Source of the DNA: a virus
Lineage: Duplodnaviria > Caudoviricetes
Length of the DNA: 38,550 nucleotides
Direction: 5' to 3' (one strand)
Virus record (IMG/VR): IMGVR_UViG_3300020045_005743
Span: 1-38,550 of that record
In this document: in pieces, positions 9,474-16,579 of the stretch
Layout of the letters: the number at the start of each line of letters is the position of its first letter
Numbering within the stretch: the stretch's first letter is position 1
Notes under the pieces: generated by a model
Seen by the model: the letters and a program-made list of their open reading frames with translations, nothing else
What the model was told of the DNA's origin: nothing
The model's database searches: none
Position numbers and translations under genes: made by a program

Positions 9474-9810
9474 CGGCTTTCTCCCTTTTCAGCGCCGCTA
9501 TTTTCTCTTCTCGCGCCGGGCTTGGCGGCTCCCGAAACAATGCGCTTAGTTGGCGGTCGCGCTTAAGTTCATCGGGCGTCAGTTTCCGAATGTTGGTGTG
9601 AGACTTTGCTTGAGCCTCGTCGTCCCACGCAAGGGTCACTGATATAAACATCAGGTCTCCGTCGTCGGTTATGTCAAGTTCGCCCCACGGCTTAGGGTAA
9701 TACTCGATTCCTGACATTGACGCTGAGACAGCGCGTTGACTGATCCGTTCTAGAATCGCTTGTCGTTCTGCGTCGTACTTCGCGCCTATTTCGCCAATGG
9801 TCCTACTCAC
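9466..9810 (-). CDS. Hypothetical protein
   Basis: GTG start after AAGGAG; part of the coupled leftward array. Confidence 0.6.
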   Translation of the reverse strand: MSRTIGEIGAKYDAERQAILERISQRAVSASMSGIEYYPKPWGELDITDDGDLMFISVTLAWDDEAQAKSHTNIRKLTPDELKRDRQLSALFREPPSPAREEKIAALKREKAVD

Positions 9811-10024
9811 GGCTTTCTCCTTTTTGACGATAGATGGGGAACGCCCAATACAGGCCCGGACAGAACTTCCGCTCAACCATCTCTAGCCACACCATATTCT
9901 TTAGCAGGCTGTCGTCGCGCCAGCCGTTTGCGTAACGCCATGTCGTATCAACGGGCCTCCACGCGAACCACGGATGCCACTCGAAAACGTCTGTGCGGTT
10001 GGGTTTCTTTGGGGACCATTTCAC
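9803..10024 (-). CDS. Hypothetical Trp-rich protein (WHPWFAWRPV)
   Basis: RBS GGGAGG; common phage accessory motif. Confidence 0.65.
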   Translation of the reverse strand: MKWSPKKPNRTDVFEWHPWFAWRPVDTTWRYANGWRDDSLLKNMVWLEMVERKFCPGLYWAFPIYRQKGESRE

Positions 10025-10332
10025 CGGTCTTCCTCCCTTGTTGTGAGAAGCCACTCTATCGCTTCTGGCGAGGCGTAGTCATTGAAGCGAAGAAACTCGA
10101 TCCACCCCTCCAGTCCTTTGCCTGAGCCGGACCCGGCTTCAGTCCAGTGACCCATAGTCGGAAATGGTTGGCGCTGACCGGGTTCTTTTGTTGCGAGAGC
10201 CACGATTTGCTCGGCTCGTCGCCTGTCAGAACAGAGCGCGATGACTTCGGGAGCAATCCCGCCGCTCGACATCAGGATAAGGTGCGCGCCGTCGCGCTCA
10301 TGGACGTACCAAGTGAAGTCATCTATCGGCAT
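10021..10332 (-). CDS. Hypothetical protein
   Basis: Coupled ORF in the leftward array. Confidence 0.55.
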   Translation of the reverse strand: MPIDDFTWYVHERDGAHLILMSSGGIAPEVIALCSDRRRAEQIVALATKEPGQRQPFPTMGHWTEAGSGSGKGLEGWIEFLRFNDYASPEAIEWLLTTREEDR

Positions 10333-10907
10333 CCCTTCAGGGGCGGGGCGGCGTCGTACATTCGAGACGCCCAGACCATTGATGAGGTGGACGCCCCGAA
10401 GAACGCCGGGTGCTTCTCAAGTTCGATGGACATTGCGGCGATCATCCGCTCGCGCTCCCCAGTCTGTCGGCTCTCTCCCTGAGTGAGGGCGGCTAGAGAC
10501 TCAATCCGGCGGCGCGCTTCGGTAAGGGCGCGCATCGAGTTTCCGCACGAATGGCCCATCGCTGTCAGTTCGTGGTCAATGGCCCGAAACCCGGCCAAGC
10601 CGTCCGCCAGTGTCTCGGCCAGCCCCTCCCGTTCCGCTGAGAGGCGTTCGATCAGGGCGGCGGCTTCGGGGCCGTCAGGGTTGGCGTTCCATGCGGCGAC
10701 AGCTTCGGCCTGTGATGGCAGATAGGGGGTGGCGACGCAGCAATAACTGCACATGATGCGTGTCGGCGCTCCATACTTCGACGTGTCGGTGTCGATCAGG
10801 GTAGGCTTTGCGGTTCCGCCGTTCCGCAAATGACTGGCGCACCACGGGTTGGGGCAAGCCCGCAGCGGCTCCACCACGCTTGCCGGTTTTTGTTGTTCGG
10901 GGGTCAT
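10323..10907 (-). CDS. Lar-like (restriction alleviation) Zn-finger domain protein
   Basis: LRACPNPWC...CSYC...AEAVAAWN pattern. Confidence 0.55.
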   Translation of the reverse strand: MTPEQQKPASVVEPLRACPNPWCASHLRNGGTAKPTLIDTDTSKYGAPTRIMCSYCCVATPYLPSQAEAVAAWNANPDGPEAAALIERLSAEREGLAETLADGLAGFRAIDHELTAMGHSCGNSMRALTEARRRIESLAALTQGESRQTGERERMIAAMSIELEKHPAFFGASTSSMVWASRMYDAAPPLKGCR

Positions 10908-11251
10908 TTCTTCCTCACGATTTCAGCAGGACCAGATGCGGCGGCAGTCGTGCCATCCATCATGCGGCGCTGGCGGTCCTGCCAGACAAGCACCCGCCGC
11001 ATGGCCGCCTCATGGGCAGCGTCGCGGTCCATCCGGTGATAGCGCCGGTCCCCTAGAACAGCGGCCAGCTCACACCACGACAGCCCGCCTCGCTCTTTGA
11101 GCCGCGCGACAGTCTGGCCGTGGTTCTTTTTGGCTTGCGCCTCATGCTCGGCTACGGCGGCGAGCGGAACCGTGTGCTTTGCGTCTCCGCAACGGTCCCC
11201 GTTCACCCCCATGACGGGGAAGCGGTCATCTGGACATTGCCACGCGCTCAC
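10904..11251 (-). CDS. Hypothetical protein
   Basis: HEAQAKKNHGQTVARLKERGGLSWCEL is a recurring phage motif; coupled gene. Confidence 0.65.
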   Translation of the reverse strand: MSAWQCPDDRFPVMGVNGDRCGDAKHTVPLAAVAEHEAQAKKNHGQTVARLKERGGLSWCELAAVLGDRRYHRMDRDAAHEAAMRRVLVWQDRQRRMMDGTTAAASGPAEIVRKK

Positions 11252-11970
11252 TGTCCCGCTCCCTCTGTCTGTCTGGCAGCGGCGATCAGTTCCAGGATTG
11301 CGGCGGGGTTGGCGGCTGCGATGAAGGCGGCGTCTTCCGGCTCGTAGGTCGAAAGCTCATGCTCTGTGAACCACGAGATGCCGCTCGGCGTATCGGCGTC
11401 AGCACACAAGTCGCGCGCCGCCTTCGCCAGCCGTTCAAGGTCAGCCCAGCGGTCAGTCACAGGCTCGGTGGGTAAATCGCCTTGGCGATTTGGTCCAAAT
11501 CCCCCGGCTATGGGGGTGGCGGGAGGGGTGGCCTTGGCAGCACGAACTGCGTCCAGCCAGCGGCGGTGCGCGGCATCGCGGGCGCGATGAACGTATCCGA
11601 CACAGGCCGGAATGTCGGCGACGTACCGCTCGCCCTTTCGGATGAAGAACTCGGAGCCGCCACAGGTTAGGCCAGTGAGCGCCTTCGTCAGCGCCGCGTT
11701 CTCGGCCAGCAACTCAGCGACAACACCCCCATCCGCTTGCTCGGTGGGGGCGGAAGGCTTGAAGACGCGGATGTTCCACGCATGAACGGCGTCGGCGTAT
11801 TCTCTCTCAGAGCGTCCCTTTGCCCCGCAGCAGCACTCCACGCGATAGGCGGTCCCACCAGCCGGAGACTTGAACGGACGAACCGAGAGCGCGCTTTCCT
11901 GACAGGCGTTGTCGGTGCTGTCGGTGTGGCCCGAGAACGGACAAGGCTTCAGCCCCTCTACCCCGCTCAT
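11248..11970 (-). CDS. Mosaic protein: Lar-like N-terminus plus Ead/Ea22-like C-terminus
   Basis: LKPCPF...CCCG...AVHAWNIR and DAAFIAAANPAAILELIA. Confidence 0.6.
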   Translation of the reverse strand: MSGVEGLKPCPFSGHTDSTDNACQESALSVRPFKSPAGGTAYRVECCCGAKGRSEREYADAVHAWNIRVFKPSAPTEQADGGVVAELLAENAALTKALTGLTCGGSEFFIRKGERYVADIPACVGYVHRARDAAHRRWLDAVRAAKATPPATPIAGGFGPNRQGDLPTEPVTDRWADLERLAKAARDLCADADTPSGISWFTEHELSTYEPEDAAFIAAANPAAILELIAAARQTEGAGQ

Positions 11971-12404
11971 GCGTCACCTGTGGCTTTGGGTGCATTTGCT
12001 TCGCTCATACCCACCGCGCTTGCAGTGGTAGCTTTGGCGATGGCGGAATCGATTTCTTCAACAATAATGCTGATGGCGTTTTCCGCCTGACTCACGGGAG
12101 AATGTCCCGACCACATAGTGTGGCCTTCAAGCGGCGACCCACACATGCACGTGTGGTGGTCATCCAGCGGCCAAGTCTGGACCCGCTCCCGTGTGGCTTT
12201 CAGCACCTCCAGCAAATCAGGCGCTGAGGCGATCAGCCGGGCGTTGAAGGCGTCGGTCAGAAGCGTCATGTCTGACTCTTCGAGGTCAGCGACAAGAAGT
12301 CCGCCATCCGCCCGAACCCGCCACGCGTTACCGGCCTCATTGTGGTCGTGCACAGGGAACCAAGGCCCCGGAGTATGCGAACCCAACTCTTCTAATCCAG
12401 TCAT
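11967..12404 (-). CDS. Hypothetical protein, HTPGPW...ARLIASAPDLL family
   Basis: True start is probably ATG 12404 (MTGLEELG); paralogous to 21989..22285. Confidence 0.65.
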   Translation of the reverse strand: MTGLEELGSHTPGPWFPVHDHNEAGNAWRVRADGGLLVADLEESDMTLLTDAFNARLIASAPDLLEVLKATRERVQTWPLDDHHTCMCGSPLEGHTMWSGHSPVSQAENAISIIVEEIDSAIAKATTASAVGMSEANAPKATGDA

Positions 12405-12844
12405 TGAGTTGCTTCCTTGGCGCGGGAGAACGTGCGGACGACGACGACCTTCTCTTCCTCGGTCACGTCGAGGTCGTAGGCTTCGTCCATCCAGTCGATA
12501 GCTTCCGGCTCGCCGTGCTTCCCGCCGCCGTACCAGTAGGTCCAACCGACCCACGTTCCGTCTGGCATCTTGGCCGCGACGGACTTGCTCTCGTAGTGGC
12601 GCGAGTCCTGACAAAGCACGTCGGTCTCGACTTGCCCCGACCGAAACCCGTCGATGCTGTCTTGCAGCTCCCAGTCCGTGTTCGCGGCCTCGAAAAGCGC
12701 GTCCACGTCATCGGCGGAAACCACGGGGCGCTTGTGGTCCGGCTCGAAGCGCAGGCGCTCCTCATGGTCATAGATCAGGATGGCGTATTTAATCTTCTGC
12801 ACGGGGGTCATTGCCCGCTCTATCAGGCTGTCTGAGGCAGTCAT
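12401..12844 (-). CDS. Hypothetical protein
   Basis: 147 aa; WVGWTYWYGGGKHGEP motif; coupled. Confidence 0.7.
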   Translation of the reverse strand: MTASDSLIERAMTPVQKIKYAILIYDHEERLRFEPDHKRPVVSADDVDALFEAANTDWELQDSIDGFRSGQVETDVLCQDSRHYESKSVAAKMPDGTWVGWTYWYGGGKHGEPEAIDWMDEAYDLDVTEEEKVVVVRTFSRAKEATQ

Positions 12845-13017
12845 TGGTCGGAGCCTTTATCGAGCAGCGTATAATAGTCCTCAATGGGAATAATAGCGTA
12901 GCGGTCCAACTTGACAGTTGCGCTGCCGTTTTCCTCAAAGCGGAAAAGCATGTCTGCCTTCTCGTCTTGCCTGATCTTAACGAAGCAGTTTGTGATGTAA
13001 CTTGGAGAGCCCATCAC
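12841..13017 (-). CDS. Hypothetical protein
   Basis: Probable GTG/ATG start overlapping the upstream stop. Confidence 0.45.
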   Translation of the reverse strand: MMGSPSYITNCFVKIRQDEKADMLFRFEENGSATVKLDRYAIIPIEDYYTLLDKGSDQ

Positions 13018-13214
13018 AGCCACCACGCAGCAACAACAGCCGCCATAACCGCAAAGATAATCAGACTGCGGGGGCGTAAGCATTCTTCCAAGGCTCTGAT
13101 CCAGAGCGGAGATTCGTCAACGATGCGGTCAAAGCTGTAGCCGCGTCCGTTGCTCTGGTTGGTGGCCATAGCGGCTTCACGGCGATGATCGCGGGGTGTA
13201 TGTGTGTCGATCAT
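13014..13214 (-). CDS. Hypothetical protein with C-terminal TM
   Basis: Coupled ORF with a hydrophobic C-terminus. Confidence 0.5.
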   Translation of the reverse strand: MIDTHTPRDHRREAAMATNQSNGRGYSFDRIVDESPLWIRALEECLRPRSLIIFAVMAAVVAAWWL

Positions 13215-13438
13215 TGCCCCACACTCCACGCCGGATCAGCTTCGATAGCCTCGAAGAAGATTGATGCCGCCGAAAGGCTCGCGCCGCCGTAGAAAGCGCA
13301 AATCAGGTGGTCGTAGTCATCGGCGCGGACGACGCGCCAACTTCCGTAGGACGACAGCTGTTCGCCCTTGGGTTCATTCTCGACGTTGGGTCCGCCGACA
13401 ATGGCAAACTTTTCTCCGGTGCGAAATGGCTTAGTCAT
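13211..13438 (-). CDS. Hypothetical protein
   Basis: RBS GGGGAGG; coupled. Confidence 0.55.
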   Translation of the reverse strand: MTKPFRTGEKFAIVGGPNVENEPKGEQLSSYGSWRVVRADDYDHLICAFYGGASLSAASIFFEAIEADPAWSVGQ

Positions 13439-13589
13439 CGGTCTTAACCTCCCCATCCTTCTCCATAAAGAAGGCTTCTGCCCATTGGTGAATAGTGTCT
13501 GCCATGTCGTTGTTGAGGGCCTTTTGTTGGGCTTCCAAAACAGACCCTTTGCGGGGCCTCACGGCGATGATTGGCGGCCGCTTGTTCAT
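13431..13589 (-). CDS. Small hypothetical protein (possible ribbon-helix-helix-like)
   Basis: RBS GGAGGGG; beta-strand IIAVRP followed by helices. Confidence 0.45.
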   Translation of the reverse strand: MNKRPPIIAVRPRKGSVLEAQQKALNNDMADTIHQWAEAFFMEKDGEVKTDD

Positions 13590-13596
13590 GCCGAGC

Positions 13597-13752
13597 CTAG
13601 CCCCTCCGCAAGATTTCAAACTCGGCGGCGGCTGAAGCCAGAGAGCCGCTTGCCGCTACGTCGCGGAGAAAGCCAATAGGCTTTGTGCGGAAGCGCAGCG
13701 CGCGAGCCACGTTGTGCTTGCCGTTTTTGGGGTTGTCGGTAGTGGCGGTCAT
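13597..13752 (-). CDS. Small hypothetical protein, first gene of promoter cassette A
   Basis: AGGGAGA RBS and ATGACC start. Confidence 0.6.
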   Translation of the reverse strand: MTATTDNPKNGKHNVARALRFRTKPIGFLRDVAASGSLASAAAEFEILRRG

Positions 13753-13805
13753 TAGGTATCTCCCTGTTGGTCTGGTCAACCTACACCCTTCGCAGACGTG
13801 GTCAA
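13753..13805 (-). promoter_or_regulatory. Sigma70-type promoter-leader cassette A
   Basis: TTGACC-N16(..GGGTG)-TAGGTT...CCAACAGGGAGA on the minus strand. Confidence 0.7.
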
Positions 13806-13921
13806 CCATTATTTTCAGTCCCTTTCTCTCTATCTGGTGAGAGATTGTTGTTGTTGGGGTTTTTGGTTCATTCGCGCTTTGCGCTCATACCCACCTGTTC
13901 AGCTTTTAGGGCTGTTCTAGC

Positions 13922-14242
13922 TTACCCGGCGTTGAAGCTGGCGACGATAACCCCTCGCCCTGTTCCGGCCTTTGCCTCGCCTAGATATTCCACCGTCACG
14001 TTGTCAGGGTGCGACCACGAACAGCCACCGTTAGGGTCTTCAGCGACGTAAGGCCTTCCGTGAATTTCTGGACGGTTTTCGTTGCAGTAAGCGCCCATCC
14101 AGCCGCCTTCTGTCCAAAGGCTTACAACAAAAGATGACGGGTGAATGAGTTTTGCCTCATTCTCGTTTTCAGCCGCGACCACGGCGCTGTCGTAGGTGTC
14201 GTAACCGTCGTTTTTGTCTTGCGAGATTCGATAGAGTTTCAT
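13922..14242 (-). CDS. Hypothetical protein (GYDTYDSAVVAAE family)
   Basis: RBS AAGGAG; start MKLYRISQ. Confidence 0.7.
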   Translation of the reverse strand: MKLYRISQDKNDGYDTYDSAVVAAENENEAKLIHPSSFVVSLWTEGGWMGAYCNENRPEIHGRPYVAEDPNGGCSWSHPDNVTVEYLGEAKAGTGRGVIVASFNAG

Positions 14243-14805
14243 TGTAGGCTCCTTAGAAGTTGCTCGCGTTGTGCTGCTGCCCGGTCGCATTGCTCCTTCA
14301 ACTCGGAAAGCGTCGGGAAAAAGTTTGGCTTGTCGGGTCGGTACATGAACCGCTCAACCACCGCCTTAGCCACGTCAGCCGGATATTTGGCCAGACAATC
14401 GGCATACAGGCGAAGGATCAGGCGAAGGCTGTTCTCGCTGTCCTGACGGTGTGCTGTGACCGCGTGGAGTGTGGAAATGTGTTCCTCGCATCGCTGGACG
14501 GTTGGCGGCGTCATGGCGCTCTTGACGGCCCGTAGAGCCTCAGAACGGTTGTCCGGTGTCAGGCCCGCGAACGTAAACCCCGTCACTGTCCGTTGGTAAC
14601 CACCCGTCACCGGATATGTCAGGCTGACTTGCGGCTGCGGCACGATCCCCAAGGATGATGTCAACCATTGAAGCAGGTTTCGGTCTGTGTCCTCCGGCGC
14701 TTGGCTTTCCAGCTTGGCGATGACCGCGCCGCTGTTTGTCGTCGGCGGCAACACGGCACCACCGTTGCCAGTTGAGGCTCCAGTTAGTGCTAGTCCTTTT
14801 TCCAT
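14239..14805 (-). CDS. Replication-associated protein (helicase loader/inhibitor-like C-terminus)
   Basis: YADCLAKYPADV...FFPTLSELKEQC pattern is typical of genes following phage initiators; start uncertain; overlaps rep. Confidence 0.55.
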   Translation of the reverse strand: MEKGLALTGASTGNGGAVLPPTTNSGAVIAKLESQAPEDTDRNLLQWLTSSLGIVPQPQVSLTYPVTGGYQRTVTGFTFAGLTPDNRSEALRAVKSAMTPPTVQRCEEHISTLHAVTAHRQDSENSLRLILRLYADCLAKYPADVAKAVVERFMYRPDKPNFFPTLSELKEQCDRAAAQREQLLRSLQ

Positions 14806-15298
14806 TAGCGATGAAATGGCCTCTGAAATCTTCTCTGGCACGTTCGGTCTCCTCGGGGGTTAGCCCCTTGCTGGCGGCGTATGACAAATCCTCCTCAGTT
14901 GGCTTCCACGAATCAGGGAACGGCCTAGAGATTGATTTAGATTGACGGTTAGATAACGGTTTGGGTGCATCTGCTGCACCCCCGGGCGCACGTGCTGCAC
15001 CCCTCTCGTCGGCAGGGGCGCACGTAATGCACCCCTTGACGGTCCAGATTACGCCCTTTCCGGGACGGTCGATCCGGGACAAATATCCGGCGTCGCAAAG
15101 CCGCTTAAGCGCACCCTGAACCGCCCGCCTTGAAAGGCTGGTTTTCTTGAGAAGGTCTAGTTTCACGCCCTCTTTGGATTGGAGGGCCATCCACGTTACG
15201 CCGTCGTCATTGGCTGCGTCGGCGAGCGCGAGCAAAACCATCTTATCGGATGACGGAAGGTCCAGCCGCCAAACGGCTGTCATAAGCGAGATGCTCAT
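14540..15298 (-). CDS. Replication initiator (N-terminal wHTH, DnaT-like C-terminal domain)
   Basis: KMVLLALADAANDDG...LSRRAVQGALKRL..GYL; FPDSWKP...F..HF...W..NWQRWCR; internal iterons. Confidence 0.8.
   Translation of the reverse strand: MSISLMTAVWRLDLPSSDKMVLLALADAANDDGVTWMALQSKEGVKLDLLKKTSLSRRAVQGALKRLCDAGYLSRIDRPGKGVIWTVKGCITCAPADERGAARAPGGAADAPKPLSNRQSKSISRPFPDSWKPTEEDLSYAASKGLTPEETERAREDFRGHFIANGKRTSTNWSLNWQRWCRVAADDKQRRGHRQAGKPSAGGHRPKPASMVDIILGDRAAAASQPDISGDGWLPTDSDGVYVRGPDTGQPF
14925..15035. repeat. Probable replication origin: three 20-bp iterons plus an adjacent AT-richer repeat tract
   Basis: GGGTGCATCTGCTGCACCCC (14963), GGGCGCACGTGCTGCACCCC (14984), GGGCGCACGTAATGCACCCC (15016); AGATTGA x2 and ACGGTT x2 at 14928-14961. 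Confidence 0.75.
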
Positions 15299-15351
15299 GA
15301 CGGAACCGCCTGAAGGCTTGCGCTGTTAAACTGGTCGCGGTATATCCGCAT
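15295..15351 (-). CDS. 18-aa leader peptide translationally coupled to rep
   Basis: GAGGAG RBS (15363-15368); MRIYRDQFNSASLQAVPS; its TGA overlaps the rep ATG (ATGA). Confidence 0.55.
   Translation of the reverse strand: MRIYRDQFNSASLQAVPS
15318..15346 (+). promoter_or_regulatory. Promoter for antisense RNA 1
   Basis: TTGCGC-N17-TATATC. Confidence 0.6.
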
Positions 15352-15434
15352 TGGTCGTTTGGCTCCTCAACAGCCTTGTGGCCCGGTGGGATGGAGACGG
15401 ACGGCCAAGAACGTCTCTCCCACCACCACTTTTT
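15352..15434 (+). ncRNA. Counter-transcribed antisense RNA 1
   Basis: Hairpin GGCT-CCTCAAC-AGCC, long hairpin GGTGGGA..GAGACG / CGTCTC-TCCCACC, then a T5 tract; has its own promoter. Confidence 0.55.
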
Positions 15435-15440
15435 GCCTCA

Positions 15441-15469
15441 TTGCGAAGACGAAAGCAAGGCGCTAAGGT
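15441..15469 (+). promoter_or_regulatory. Promoter for sRNA 2
   Basis: TTGCGA-N17-TAAGGT. Confidence 0.6.
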
Positions 15470-15472
15470 TCA

Positions 15473-15550
15473 CCTAGCCAACGTGCTTCCTCCCCTTGTT
15501 ATTACGTTGGTTAGGGCCGTCGATGATTCGCTCTCGACGGCCCGTCTCTC
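15473..15550 (+). ncRNA. suhB/alpha-r8-like sRNA with anti-SD loop
   Basis: 12-bp stem CCTAGCCAACGT/ACGTTGGTTAGG with loop GCTTCCTCCCCTTGTTATT, then a 10-bp terminator-like stem GGGCCGTCGA/TCGACGGCCC. Confidence 0.65.
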
Positions 15551-16240
15551 TCACTCAAAAAGCACTTCCTGCACTGGCTTGGCTACAGGCTCCGAGAACA
15601 ACCGGGGCTGTTTGTATGCGGCCTCCATGCGGCGGCAGGCGGCGTCAAAGTACCGCGTCTCACGCTCAATGCCTGTAAAGGCCATTCCAGCGGCTACACA
15701 AGCCACTCCCGTTGTTCCTGAGCCCATGAAGGGGTCGATTACCGTGCGGGTTCCGGCCGGAAGGTGGGACAGCGCCCAAGACATGACCCCGACAGGCTTC
15801 TGCGTTGGGTGATCACCCCGTTCCTCACCGTTGGCGCGCAGCATCCCGTTCCAGAGGTAGCGGATGCGCCGAACGGCCTTAGGGAGATTGGTCCACGCCA
15901 GCTCGCAATCGGCGAAGTCATTGTCGCCGTTCAGCTTGTCCCACACCAGCCAGCACGAGGTCGCGGGGAGGGCGTAGTAGTTGCCCCCGAAAATGATCTT
16001 CCAGCGCCCGGCCTCGACTAGCATGTGCAGGAGATCTTCACTGATCGGGTTGTTGTCCCATGCGTCATCGCCGTAATCGCGCGTAGGCCCGAGCCCCTTG
16101 CGCGTCTTGGCTTTTCCAGCGGCCTCTCCAATGCCGTAAGGGGGGTCGGTCACAACGGCGTCGTGCTGCTCGATTCCGTAAAGAACCTGAACGCAATCCC
16201 CAAGGATCAGGCGGCAATCGCCTATAATCTCTTCACGCAT
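15551..16240 (-). CDS. Orphan DNA N6-adenine/N4-cytosine methyltransferase (beta class)
   Basis: VTDPPYG, HPTQKP and DPFMGSGTTG motifs. Confidence 0.92.
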   Translation of the reverse strand: MREEIIGDCRLILGDCVQVLYGIEQHDAVVTDPPYGIGEAAGKAKTRKGLGPTRDYGDDAWDNNPISEDLLHMLVEAGRWKIIFGGNYYALPATSCWLVWDKLNGDNDFADCELAWTNLPKAVRRIRYLWNGMLRANGEERGDHPTQKPVGVMSWALSHLPAGTRTVIDPFMGSGTTGVACVAAGMAFTGIERETRYFDAACRRMEAAYKQPRLFSEPVAKPVQEVLFE

Positions 16241-16243
16241 GGG

Positions 16244-16579
16244 TCAGCCAATCAATCGAAGCGGAACCGTAGTCCCTGCCGGTAGGTTTTCACCCCTTGC
16301 GATAGCCTCTGCAAGTGCGCGCTGAAGCCGTCTGTCACCTAGCCGCTGTTTAGCCTCTGCATCTCTCTCATGATCCAAACCGTTAGCGGTAGCGTTCATC
16401 AGGACGCTGGTTCCCGGTTCCTTACGCCAAGGGGTTCCCAAGGCTTCGGCCCTGTCCCGGATGCTCCATGGTGTGCGGCCTAGCTTCTCCGCGATTTCCT
16501 CCGGCGTGAAGTTCAGCTTCTTCATCTTCCGAATCGTGTTGTCCTGAACAGACGTGTAGTGATTACGCGGCTGACGCAT
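16244..16579 (-). CDS. HTH protein with a GcrA-like/Myb-like N-terminus
   Basis: YTSVQDNTIRKM...TPEEIAEKLGRTPWSIRDRAEALG parallels the GcrA N-terminal HTH. Confidence 0.5.
   Translation of the reverse strand: MRQPRNHYTSVQDNTIRKMKKLNFTPEEIAEKLGRTPWSIRDRAEALGTPWRKEPGTSVLMNATANGLDHERDAEAKQRLGDRRLQRALAEAIARGENLPAGTTVPLRLIG

Noticed and set aside
12405-12614. Arg-rich N-terminal extension of ORF 11967..12614
   Set aside because: Out-of-frame overlap with the real gene 12401..12844; the coupled ATG at 12404 is more plausible.
15351-15812. 153-aa + strand ORF across the sRNA region
   Set aside because: Runs through terminator hairpins and antisense to the MTase; no RBS; not protein-like.
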